The notes beneath the pieces are model-generated. The model was not told the origin of the DNA. It worked only from the letters and a program-made list of their open reading frames with translations, and did not search any database. A stretch of 48,341 bases of DNA, the filler included, from Catajapyx aquilonaris (lineage: Eukaryota), in the NCBI GenBank assembly GCA_000934665.2. It is 2 parts of 2 records of this genome, joined end to end, with 100 filler letters (N's around TTAATTAATTAA, not from the genome) between each part and the next. Parts side by side here need not be neighbours in the genome. Positions count along the whole stretch, not along the records: positions 1 to 24,126 come from JYFJ02005567.1; 1 more part is not named here. The stretch is one strand, 5' to 3'. Positions 1-13,100 of the stretch are shown piece by piece. Each line of letters opens with the position of its first letter. The first letter of the stretch is position 1. Position numbers and translations under genes: made by a program.

Positions 1-841
1 CAACGGCCCAACACGTTTCCTGTTGCAATTCGAGGCAATTGGCGTAGTGTACTAGAAATAGGATAAAAAATTCATTATAGGAACGTATATTTTGGTGTAG
101 GTAGGGTCACTTGAACCAGGATGGCAGCAGATCAAACGAAAATATTATTTCCACCCCGAAAAGTTGGAAAATGTGCATTATTTATATAGTTTTGCCTCGA
201 CGCCTCGGGGAAGTGTTGCCCGGGTCTTGGCCACTGCCTCATCCGCCTTTCACTTCTCCCCATCACCCCCAAATAAACACCGCTTCACCCTCACCAGACA
301 ACGCAACGCACTTCCCACCCCCGCCCCGTCCGCCTCCCGAGACCCGGACCGTGCGGCCATGGGACCGCGACCGGTGATCACGGTGTTGTGGATTCCGTAA
401 ACTCGCAAAATAAACAACCACGGTAACCTGGCAGCGCCAGGATAGCCAAGACATAAACACAGAAAAACAAAAGAAAGTATGCCAATCTTTTTGCTGATCA
501 TAGTACACGTCTTATACAGTATATTTATTTTATTATATACTGTATAATATTACTGTACCATATATATATATGAGGCGTTCCAGGTAAAACAGGCCCCTTT
601 CTTCACTGCAAAGTAGCATGGCTTTAGTGTGGCTTTTCCATCATACCACAATTGCACAAAACAGACAAAAGTACTGCAATAAACTCATTAAATTTTGCTG
701 GCATCATCTTATCTTGCCCCTAGCTGTAAAAATCCTGGGCAAAACTTCTGACATTGGAGAGCCAAAACTTGGAACAGGGATTTATCATAAAATCTTTATC
801 CTATCTCCTATCCCCTATTCCTATTCTGCCTATTCCCATAC

Positions 842-871
842 ATGCGTTGGTTACATTATTTGCCCTGTTAG
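842..871 (-). CDS. Candidate 30-nt Sema5 microexon (juxtamembrane linker)
   Basis: ttctgttgcag|CTAACAGGGCAAATAATGTAACCAACGCAT|gtatgg; phase 1-1, reads ANRANNVTNA in frame with exon 13. Confidence 0.4.
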
Positions 872-983
872 CTGCAACAGAAGTATCCTGGCAATAATAC
901 TTGTGAATCTTAAGTAGAACCTTTGGTCTGTTTGTTCCTAGAACCCCTATAATCTGTCTTATAGATGTTAATTCTAGACATAC

Positions 984-1127
984 CATCAAAGCAGACCCGA
1001 AGTTCTCTGTTGCTTCCTTGACACAGATCAGGTCCAGGGCTGTTCGTTAAACATCTTCTTTTTCTCTGTTGTTCTCCATTTCCATCACATTCAGACCATT
1101 CTGACCACATACCCCACCCTGCCAAAG
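984..1127 (-). CDS. Sema5: Sema5 exon 13 (TSP1 repeat 7)
   Basis: [23 protein letters not shown]; phase 1-1. Confidence 0.92.
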
Positions 1128-4100
1128 CTGAAATATTCAAGAATGCATTATATTTTAAAAGTATTGTGTACATAATGTGAGTGATAGTCAAACCTGTTCC
1201 ACCTATTATTGTTTAGCTTGTTACATATATTTAACCAATCACCAATAACCTACTTACATTCACAACTAGGTTTTTCACAGTGCTCCATACTAGTAGCATG
1301 GCCTTCACAGGCAGAAAGGGGTATGTTCTTCTTGTTACTCTTGTTAATACAATCCCGCCTGCGCTGTTTGATCCCTTGTCCACAGGAAACTGAGCAAGAA
1401 GACCAACCTGACCAGCAACTCCATTCCCCTGTGCAAGTGGGGAATAATGGTGTTAGGCTAGTTTAGTTGAGTAATATTGTTAAGTTTGGTGTCAGTGAGC
1501 TTGATTAATAAGATGAAAACAAAATAACCTAAGATATACTGTATAACACTGGTGTCTTACTATGGGAGGTCATGGAACGTACTACAACGGGCATTGAGAG
1601 AGAAAGCCATTACTTTTATTCAATTAATGCATAAAAGTTAACCCCTTCAGCCCCAGCTGCCTGGAATCCAGGCGATGAGATCTTGACCGCCAGGTACCAG
1701 CTATACCTCCATCACCTAGATTCTTTTTGCTTCCATTCCACTAGCCAATAAGGGCAAAATATTTTACAAATAATAATAATAATTAATAATAATTAATAAT
1801 TCATACCCCGTTATCAGCCATCGGCTCTTTAGGGGGGAAGTTTGTTTTTGCCTGGAACTCTTTGCTTTCATTTTACTGTGCTCTTTGGGATAGGATAGGG
1901 ATGGAAGGAAGCGGCTATGGCCTATTAATTACGGAGCAACTCCGGAATTTTCCTGGAAGGACCGTGGGAAACCACAGAAAACCACGGTCAGAGTTGCCGG
2001 CCCCGGGATTTGATCCCAGGACCTCCCGATTTGCAGTCGGACACCATATTCCCTCCTCCAAACTGCTTCGGTCTTTTACAAATTATAACAGCTATACTTT
2101 TACATTCATGCTCTACACAACGCATGTTTTGGAAACAATTTTACTCGCATAAAAGGCCGTAAGTTAATTCCAAACAGATCACTGCACAGTATACCTGCTA
2201 TATTTCCACCTAGATTTTCCCTCCTGTTCAACTTACAAGTACTCTGAAGTACTCTGAAGGTAAGGGCAAGATATTTTACAAATTGTAACAGCTATACTTA
2301 CCCGTTCATGCAAAACACAACATATGTATTGGAAACAATTTTCCTTGGCTATAAGTCCATAAATTAATTTCCACAAAGATCACTGCAAAAGATGAAAATC
2401 CAAGTACTACTGGCCAACTTTTCGGTTGATTTAATTATGAAATACGTTAAAATATATGGAATAACATTATAACAATCTTGAGAACCATGCCAGAAGACTT
2501 TGGTGAAATTATTGTACTTTCCAAGAAATATATTAATACTTTTCTGCGACTTGCCTGTCACTTCAGATTACCGGTACTCCCAAATTAACTTATTTCTCGA
2601 AAATTGCGACGATTTCAACAAATTCATTTGGAACCCTTCTCAAAATTGTTATTCTGTATATTTTAACGTATTTCATAATGAAATCAGCGTAACAGTTGGC
2701 CAGCAGTACTCGAATTTCGCGTTTTTACAGCAGTATTTTTGGAAATTAATTTAGGGATTTCTATGGGAGTAAAATTGTTTCCAACACATTCATAGGGTTT
2801 TCCATGATTGAGTAAGTATAGCTGTTATTGTTTGTAAAATATCTTGTTCGTATCTTCAGCGCACGAGTAAGTGGAAAACTAGGCAGTGGCGGGTATAGCT
2901 GGTACCTGGCGGTCGAGTTCTCATCGCCTAGATTCAAGGTGGCTGGGGCTGAAGGGGTTAATCATCAAAAGAGACAGTCCAGCACAGTGGTCTAGTGGTA
3001 AGTACCACAGCCTACACCTCATAGATTCTGAGTTCTATCCCCAGATCGGAGAGAGAAATTTCTCATATGGAAGAGGTTCGATGAGTTCTCTCCATGTTTT
3101 CATGGGTTTTATCTAGTTGTACCATTTCCTTCCACAATCTAACTCCATCAGCTATGCAATAATTAAATCAAGTCAGGAACGAAGAAAGGATCCCTACAAG
3201 GCCATCATAAATACTGTATCCTATGATAGGCCCGTGCAGGGGTTGAGGGACGATGGTGCCGACTGGATGACAAGCTAGTCTTATGAAACACACTGTAAGT
3301 GCACAACTTACAGATGATGCAATCATATCTGACTTGAATGCAAGTACTATATCGCTCAAAAACATAAAGACGATCTTGCATTTGACTCAAGTGCAGCCTG
3401 CACTGGAATCAAATGCAAAATCGTCTCTATGTTTTTGAGCGATATAGTACATTAACTGAATTCCAGATGCTATACAGAATTTACACAGGACATTCTTTAG
3501 GCGTGTTAATTTTTTCAGTTCATGATACCATACCCAAAAAGTGTTTAGCATTATCAAAATGCCCCAGTAAATTGACAATTTGTTATGTACAGTACTGGGG
3601 CAAGTTTGATGTAGTAATAAGCTGAAGACACTGTAGTAATTGTTATTTCCCATATCAGGTTACTCAATGTTTTACTTTTGTTTAGTATATGCTAGAAATC
3701 CTTTAACTGTTTATGAAAGCTAACTATACAATTTAAAAACCTGCAGTAAGATCTTTACCATGGTCTTAGAATATACAGGTCTGGTCACTCCCTCTCTTAT
3801 CGTCTTCAGAGGGCTGTCGGGGTGGTAGTGGGTGGGAGAGACGTGGCAGGGCTGCTCAGGTTCTAGCTTGGGGTATGATGCTGAATTTCTCTTCTACGAG
3901 CGTACTATGTGCAGAAGAGCCCACTAGGGTCACAGCAGGCACGTTGTACAGTGTTGGACATAAATTGAGGAATATTGCTAGCGACATTTTCCGAAGCGGC
4001 AGAAGAAGGAATCTTGCTCGCCTGGCTTGCAGTATCCTTATCTTCGATTCCTTCTTCTGCCGCTTCAGAAAATGTCGCTGGCAATATTCCTCAATTTATG

Positions 4101-7100
4101 TCCAACACTGTACCCCGAGCTAGAAGCTGAACAGCCCTGCAGCTGCTCTCCCACGCACTACCACCCCATCAACCCCCTGAATGGCGGTTTCAATACAGCT
4201 GAGGCATGAGTGCCAGGGGGCTGATCTTAACAGAGGTCAACTCATGCCTTTGCCAGCAATAAGCCTATGCACCATAATGCCTAGGTGCATGTACCCAGGC
4301 CTGAAATGGGACCATGTTCTTGTTTTTAACCCCTTTGCTACCAGATAGGCCCGAACCACGTAGATTTCAGCTTACGCCTACTCCGGAGATACGGACTAGA
4401 TATTTTACCAATAATAACAGCCATACGGGGAAGGTGTAGTGGCCGAAATGGTAACGTCTCGGCTTGATGTGTGAAAGGTCCCGGGTTCTAATCCCCGCCC
4501 GGGAGTTACCTTTCGACTGCGTCAGTGGGTCTCTGCCCTGCGCCTAAGGAGGTGTCTTGGCAACCGGCCTCCTCTTGGGGGACTGCATGTGACCCATTTC
4601 CGTACCTGCACCTGTGTCCCCTCCCAACTCCCCCCATCGCGATCCTTACCCTACATCCTAAATGTCCTTGCATGGGGACTGAAGAAAAACATAAAATCAA
4701 TCCTGATGGTGGTAATCCACCCCACTAAAAGGGCTTCATTCCCTCTAATGTGGTTAAAAAAAACAAAAACAAAAACAAAAAAAAACAGCCATACTTACCA
4801 GATCTGGGAAAACACTATGAATGTGTCTGGAACAATTTTACTCATCCGCAAGTCCCTAAATTAATTTCCAAAAAAGGGCTATAAAAACTAAATTAGAGTA
4901 CTGTCAACCAACTGTTAGGCTGATTTAACTGTGAAATGCGTGAAAATATGCAGAATAACAACCTTGAGAACCACACCAGACGAATTTGCTGAAATCGCCG
5001 TACTTTGAGAGAAATAAATTAATACTTATTTGCAGCTTTCTGGCACTTCAGAAAACTCCCAAACCGCTTGGACTACCATATGAGATGAATTTGCTTGAAA
5101 TCGTCGTACTTCACGAGAAGCAAATATTTGGGTTCTGAAGTAACAGGAAAGCTGCAAATAAGTATTAATTTATTTCTTGCGAAGTACTGCGATTTCAGCA
5201 AATTCGTCTGGCATGGTTCTCAAGGTTGTTATTCCACATATTTTCACGCATTTCACAATTAAATCAGCCTAACAGTTGGTCGTCAGTACTCTAATTATTA
5301 GAGTTTTTATAGCCCTTTTTTGGAAATTAATTTAGGGACTTCTAGACAAGTAAAATTGTTCCAGACACATTCATAGTGTTTTCCCAGATCTGGTAAGTAT
5401 GGCTGTTATTATTGGTAAAATATCTAGTCCGTATCTTTGGAGTAGGCGTAAGCCGAAATCTACGTGGTTCGAGCCTATCTGGCAGCAAAGGGGTTAAAGA
5501 AAGATAAATTCAGGGAGAAAGAAACTGATATCCTTCTAACAACATTCACCTTTTCCGTATTTGTCCTTAGCTTTTAAAACTGTATTATAGCATTTACTCC
5601 CCCCTCCCCACCTTTCCCTCCAAGAACCCTAAGAACATAAGCTTAATAGGGCTTCAAATATAAGAATTAACTCATAATGCTACGTGATAATAAAAACAAA
5701 CTGAGACGAGACCACTTTAAACCTGAATAATTGCGTCCTTGTGACTTTTAAACTGGGATAGTAACCTTCCTTAGACAATAACCAACAACAATTCTTAGTA
5801 TTGCTAGTGGTTACTGCCATATAGGCACATCATATGAAACATAATTTCTGTAACTTTTACCAATGCAGGCATGTGTGTTGCAAGCCCTTTCCATCAGTCT
5901 TGTTCCTGGACATTGTTCAGGCTTGCCTTCACAAGTACGTGTGCGAATTTGCTTTCCTGTTCCACATGGTTCAGAACACTCAGACCATCCTGACCATTCC
6001 GACCAGTACACATCATCATCTGAAGTTCCTGCAATAAGGAAGATGATGAAACTAACTGTTATACCCTGTCAACCATATGAACTCACCATGACGTGTACAT
6101 ATGCCATCTTGATTGCAAATCCGTTCTTCTTCTTTAAAGTGACTGAATCTGATGGATGAATGTTCTGATGCAGGTGCCTTGCACTGAATTCGGTAACGTT
6201 TTTGCTGGATGGTAGTTGATGTTTGATTTGACATCAGCCAAGGAGTCCAAGCTGACCACTTTCTCATCTCCCCACAGCTGTGTATGTTGCACAATTCATA
6301 TTCCATGTTACACCCAACACATTCTCTTCCTCCATTGAGTGGAGCAGGATTATTGCAACGATGGCGTCTCATGCGGAAGCCACCTCCACAAGATGCTGAG
6401 CATTCATCCCATTCTCCCCATTCAGACCAATGGCCATCCACAGGAGGCAATGTTTTGGCTGTGAAAGTAAATATTAATTTGTAAAGTATTTAATCACACA
6501 AAATACTTTAACTGAACTTGTGCCTGCATTCACCTGGACATGGAGGCAACAATGTACAATATATTTCATCTCGATCTGAACCCACACAAACTCGGCCATT
6601 GAAAGCAGGTTCAGGATTGCCACAAGTTCGCCTGCGAGTTTTCACAGCCAACCCACATGTTTGGGAGCAGGCTGACCAAGCTGACCAAGTAGTCCAGCCA
6701 CCATGCCTTGTACAATTGGTTACCTCTGCAGCAAATCCACTACACTCTCGCCCTCCATTGGCAGGAGTTGGATTGTTACAAGTACGCTCACGGCATAGGC
6801 ACTTGTCCCCAGGATCACCATGCTGAGAACATTCAGACCATGGTGACCATTTGCTCCAGCCACCATCAACTGAAACGATAAAGAGTTAGCCATGCCTTTC
6901 TTCTTCTCTGATTCATGTTTAATTTACCTGGGTCAGTCAGTACAGGGCAACTCGTCAAGTCCTGCAACCAGTGTGATGAATATGGGTTCTTGTTTGGTGA
7001 AGGAGTGCACTTTTCCAAATTGTCATTCCAGCCACAGTATGGATCCATTGCATTAAGGCAAGCATGCTTATTGCTGAGACGTCCACATCGTTGTACAGGG

Positions 7101-10100
7101 ATGCGCATGAAGGAATGGTCCGTTCCGACATATAATGAATTCTAATGGACAAAAAATGTATTAGAATGCAAAATTGCAACTTGCAAAATGCTGCATACAC
7201 TTACAGTTCGCTTCAGAAATTTCATTGCTTTTATTTTGTCATTACTTTCTAGAGGCTTAATAATCTCCACCAGACACGTTTTTTGTTGCCTTGGAAGAAT
7301 TATTAACTTTTTTATAAATCCTTCTTCAGTGGCGACAAATAGCACACGAATTCTCTCATGAGATTTAGTGGTGACAGTATCCACAGCAACGTGAGTAAAC
7401 CTGAAAAATAATTATTAGCCTAGAATATCTAATTAATAAAAATATTAACATGCCCTACCGTTCGAGGGTTTTTGTGTACAGTGGTCCTGTAACTGTTGGT
7501 TGCACAGCATCATCCATCAGTTGATATTTTCGGGACTCAAGCAGTTCCCTTCCTGATATTACAGACGTCTGGCACTGAAAGTGATGACGCAAGCCAGAAA
7601 TCCTTTCTCTTTCTCTCAGCCATGCTGACTGAGAGTTTTCTTGCACTTTGAACATCCCATTAAACGCTTCTTCTATTGCACCCAAACTAAATGCACATAC
7701 AGCTGAGCCAGCTATGCTGTTCCTAATAAAAAAAGATAAAATTTAATTATTACTGCAGTGAATTTGATATGGAACCAATCTTTACTTAAGATATCGCCAC
7801 AGATCAAGAATGGAAACATCAAAAATGATTTACCTGGGAGTGGTAAAAGTGGCATAAATAAGACTTTCTTCCTCCAAGTACTGCATGCCTTGTATTTCAT
7901 CAAAATAAAAAGGATATTCTCCACCAGAAGAACAATTGAGTCGGGCTTTCAAAAATGTTGTCCAGTTGTCCCTCATTAAAATTTGTCCTCCAGTGTCATT
8001 TTTACACACACGAGCTATTCTGGAGTAAATCACCTGCAACATTTAAAACCTCCATTACCTCCATACATACATAATCTCATTACATCCCATTAATAATGGG
8101 TAACTTATGATAGGATGTTCTAAATAACACCTCCCCCTTAACTGAGGGTATTTTTTAAGATAACATATGGGTATTATTAATATTCAAAAATTGCAGCTCT
8201 CATTTTGCTTTATTTAAGTAACTTATATACAGTCTAACAATTTTCAGAGAGGGACACACAGCCACACCTCCTCTCCCTCCCACCCAATGAGCTTCGACGA
8301 TCTCTATCTATCCTGCCTCTGATTGGTGCTTCCATGAAAGGTCACTTACGTCATGTCCCTTTCTCTAAATAGTTAGACTATAAAACTGTCACATAATCTT
8401 GTATGCTGTGGTACAATGCCTTATCAGCATTTCAAAAATGCACTTCCCCCACTTCCCCCACTTCACCCTATGTTTATTATATTCTCATTTGCAGAAATAA
8501 GCAAGTGGTGGCCAAAAAGGCTATCTGTTGTCTTTGCACTGGCACTACCATAAACATCTTCAAGTAATGGCACACCTAATGAGCCAAATCCAGGGGTCGA
8601 AATGAGTTATCTTGGCTGCATCACAAGAGGAGGAAATCTGGGAGTCACGGTTACAACTCTACAAATCGAACCTTAAAAAGTGACTTTTTCTCGGAATGAG
8701 GTTCAGTGAAGATAGCTTCTTTTGACCATCACCTCCTCAAATATGTTATACATATTTGGCGTTGAAATAAGAGATCCCTTATCATCATGTATCATTAAGG
8801 AACAATTGAAATATTTGTACAGAGTGATTAGAAATGCAACACACAACCTTGATAACGAAACTTTTTGAAAAGCAGAAAAATGATGTTCATATTGCAGGGC
8901 ATGAGTGCTCCTTAGATCACAGAAAAATGTTTGCAGTATTGGTACGCATATGTCAGTCTTTTAACCCACATGCGTTATAGACTAGGCTACTGGCTGCCAC
9001 TCAGTGCACTCAGTGCAAGTAGTCCTTTTTCTGGTATCAAAGGAAAATTGCCAGAGAAGTGGCTTCCATAATTGCTAAGATTTAAAAAAATTTAAATACT
9101 GTAAATGTATTACCTTTCCACAGTTTGCAAACTCCACAGCATTCTCACGAAATAAAAAGTACACAAAGAACTCTGTTTCAAACATTCCAACATAGTCAGG
9201 CTGGTTCAGCCATTTAGCATTGTACTGTTCAGTACGCAGAGTGTTGTGAGGTCCCATAGTACGAAATATAGCATGATCTTGGCCTGAAAAATCTGTTGGA
9301 CTTGCTATGTAGTAGTCACCTGAGTCAAGAAAAAGAGATGCAATGTGGGAATGAGGGCTATAGGGACACTTGGCAACTCCAGCCACTTTTTCCATCACAG
9401 TTCCAACATCTTCAATCTGCAAAGATGACAATTTCAGTGTTACAAGAGCATGCAACACATGTGACAGTATTTTGAATCACATATTATGACACTCTTGTTA
9501 TATGACCCCATTACATTCTAAAAATTTTAATGAAAAGTGAAAAGTTAAATAATTGAACTTTTTAGATAATTATGTTCTCAGGGTTCCCATGCGTTTTCAG
9601 ACATTTCCCGACTTTTTAATAGTATTTTCCCGACCTTTTTCCCGACCTTTTCCCCAACACAAGTCGTGGACGTGGAGATGGAAATGCGGAGGCGCTCCAT
9701 CTTGTTGGAAGATGAAATCCGGGGCATCTTCTTGCAGCTGTGGCATTAACCTCTGCAGCACGCACCAAGCCTTTTCCTCCACAGACACTATTTTTAACTC
9801 CTACATGGCACGGCACTAATCATTTCATGTGGTGAGATATGTAAAAAAAAAACTTTCAACCTTCCTCTTCGCTATGAGATGTGCGGGAGTTGTACCTTGT
9901 ATGTTGCATTTTCTAGAATTTTTTTACTTTGGCCCCATCATTTGTGAACACCCTGTATATCTATGCAGTACATGTCTAATGTAGTGGAAACTTGTCCATT
10001 ACGGCAAATTTTACGGTCCCGTGCAATTCCGCTACACACAGGTTTCACGGTATAAAATGGGAGACATTTTTCATAACATATGCCTGGCATTATTATCGTG

Positions 10101-13100
10101 CAGTTTACCAAATACAGTAATGACAAAATATTGGGCCTTGATTTGCATATTCAGGCCCAAAAATCGTCAGCCATGAATTTAATCAATCAATAAGAGTTTG
10201 GGCTGTAAAACTGCACTACATATGATTTCAAAATTGTAATTTGAGAAGTGCTACTGGAGAAAACATTATATGGTTTCACCATAAGGCTGCCTATTCCCGC
10301 GCTCCGAGATGACAAAATATGGCGGCCAAAACGAAGTTGGCCAACCTCTAGATATAGGCCCACTAGCCGCACCCAGCCGGTAACGGCACATGATAATTTC
10401 GTGGTCAGCCTTTTTTTGCGTTTTTTTCCTTCTTTTAAGCTTTACAATGTTCCTCAGCACCATTTCCAAAAAAACAAAAGTTTATTGCACATATAGAAAA
10501 CACGGGCTAAATTTTGACACCACTCCCAATGCTGTGGGCCATACACAGCGGGAGGAGTTGCCCTCACAGTAGTATATTAATAATATAGATTGAATTAAGC
10601 ATTCCACTTCCCCAGGAATAAAATTGCCCTCAATGGAGACAATTGGTGGGTAGAACCAGAAATGGCTTAATTAGCTTTCAGATATATCACACAAATATGA
10701 TAATAATTCATACCCCGTTATCAGCCATCGGCTCTTTAGGGGGGAAGTTTTTGTTTTGCCTGGAACTCTTTGCTTTCATTTTACTGTGCTCTTTGGGATA
10801 GGATAGGGACGGAAGGAAGCGGCTGTGGCCTATTAATTACGGAAACAACTCCAGAATTTTCCTGGAAGGACCGTGGGAAACCACAGAAAACCACGGTCAG
10901 AGTTGCCGGCCCCGGGATTCGAACCCAGGACCTCCCGATTAGCAGTCGGACGCCTTATCCACTATGCCAACCTGCTTCGGTATATCACACAAATATGAGA
11001 TATGCTAAGGCTCCCACACCAAAATGTCAATGCTAGCAAAAAAGTTTGCAGAGTCAAGTTGCACTCATAGTGTTGTGCAACAAATTGTTTACTACAGGTA
11101 CTGTTATATGGAAGAGGGTCATATAACAAGTATAGCATGCACATCAAGTGTCAAGTCTACCTACCTTCCTCCATGTACACTGTGGTGAAAAGGCATGGGT
11201 GCCACATACAAAGAGATCATTCTTATACACTAAAAGCACTTTGATGAAATTGTGACAATCAAGTTCCAGCTGCCCCTTTTCATGGCATGTGTTGACTATT
11301 GTTGTGGGTGCTTCCCAAAGTGCTTCCTGCAGTTTTTCTAAATTTTGTAATCCCAAGCGTAACAATACATTCCTGAAAGTCACGGAGATAAGATTTAATT
11401 AGCATCAAGCAAACTATGCAAGTATTGCACAATATCACAACAATGCAGTTTTATCACTACATAACACTAATTTACACCTGTGCAGCCCATATCCCTATAT
11501 CCCATATCTTTATATCCCACCAGACACTACACAATTTAACCCTTAAGCAGTATCATGAATCTGAGCAATGTAACTAGTATCATGGGGTCTTTTGTGACCC
11601 CAGGAGGTAATTTAATTATATTATTTAATCTCCAATTCATGTGATTAAATTTTGAATGCCATGAAAAATAAGCTTACATAAATCCTATGTGTAAATAATG
11701 AAACAGACTGATAGAAAACGTGACTGAGTATTAAAAACTGCAACTACACTGGAATGTGTATAATTATAGATAACACAGCAGCAACCTACATCACTAGTGG
11801 CCTATTGCACCAACCGAAATTACTGATCCAATAGCTCCTAATGGATCGTTAGGAGCCCTTTTAACATGACTGTGCTAACAATCTGTTAGGAGCTATCGAA
11901 TCGATAATTTCGTTGGTGCAATCGGGCATAAGAACTTCCAAATATGCTTACTATTAGAACGTCAATGATGAGCATAATATGACCTCTATATAAAATGATC
12001 TACAGTTATATTTTCGAAAGTATAAATAAAAGTATAGGTATCTCAACCTAATGTATGGTACGTTACTCTACAACAGATGCATCTCACCTTGATTATAGCT
12101 GTTTTTTGAGGGCCCTGAATTTTTTTCCCCAATTTCAAAAAAATTAACATGTAGGCAAAGATGGGTTTGAGGAATGCAAAATAGCATTTGGTTTTTTATT
12201 AATTAGTTACTTGACACTGTTAATTCTCATAAGCTTGGGGTCACAAAAGACCCCATGATACTATAGTTTAGGGTTAAATTCACAGAAAATCATTATTCAA
12301 TTTGACTTTTTACTAAATAAATATTGCATTAGTTCCAGTCTTTTTGATAAAGATGGGAGAGCTGCTCAGCAAGAATGAAGTACCAGCAGTAGCTGAACCT
12401 TGAGCTGGAACCTACCACAATGGCAGACACACTCAAGACATGGCCATAATGACTTGTATGCTACCACTTCTGCCACAGGGGGAAGTGAGGTGTTTGTGGA
12501 CTTGTCATTGTGACTGTGTCAAATGCATTTGGTCCTTTAGTGCAAAGTACCGGTACTGATTAATATACCGAAGTACAGTAAAACTTCTATAAGTCAAACT
12601 TCCCTAAGTCGAAGTTCTCTATAAGTCAAAGAAAATGATGAGCTCGGTTGGTCACAATGTAAAATATAATAGGAAATAAACTTCCCTAACTCGAATTTCT
12701 ATAACTCGAAGTTTTCCATAACTCGAAGTGCAGGCAGGGCCTTACGATGGGATATCAATGCATTTTCAGTCTCCCTAAGTCCAAGTTCATGTTGGCGCAG
12801 ATGGAAAATTTTCTAATTTCCCAGCCGAAGGGTCGAGAGTAGGCCACATGCACAGAAAGGCTCTTTTCTGATATCCGTCTATCAGTAAAGACTCATGCCA
12901 TCAGCACCGGGTCCCATCGGCCCAGACATTCCCATCTGCATTTGATTTTCCCATTTGATGAGGAGTTTACACAGGGCAAGTTACTCGGCGAGCAAATGTC
13001 CATAACAGAGTTTTTTTTACAACAAAACAATGAGGAACATTGTAGTGTGATAGTGACAGTTATTTTTAAGTTTTGAACACCTTTTGTCGCTGGATATAAT

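Noticed and set aside
1..530. GC-rich stretch with short Pro-rich ORFs
   Set aside because: Lies in a Sema5 intron, has no recognisable motif, and is probably a TE fragment cut by the window edge
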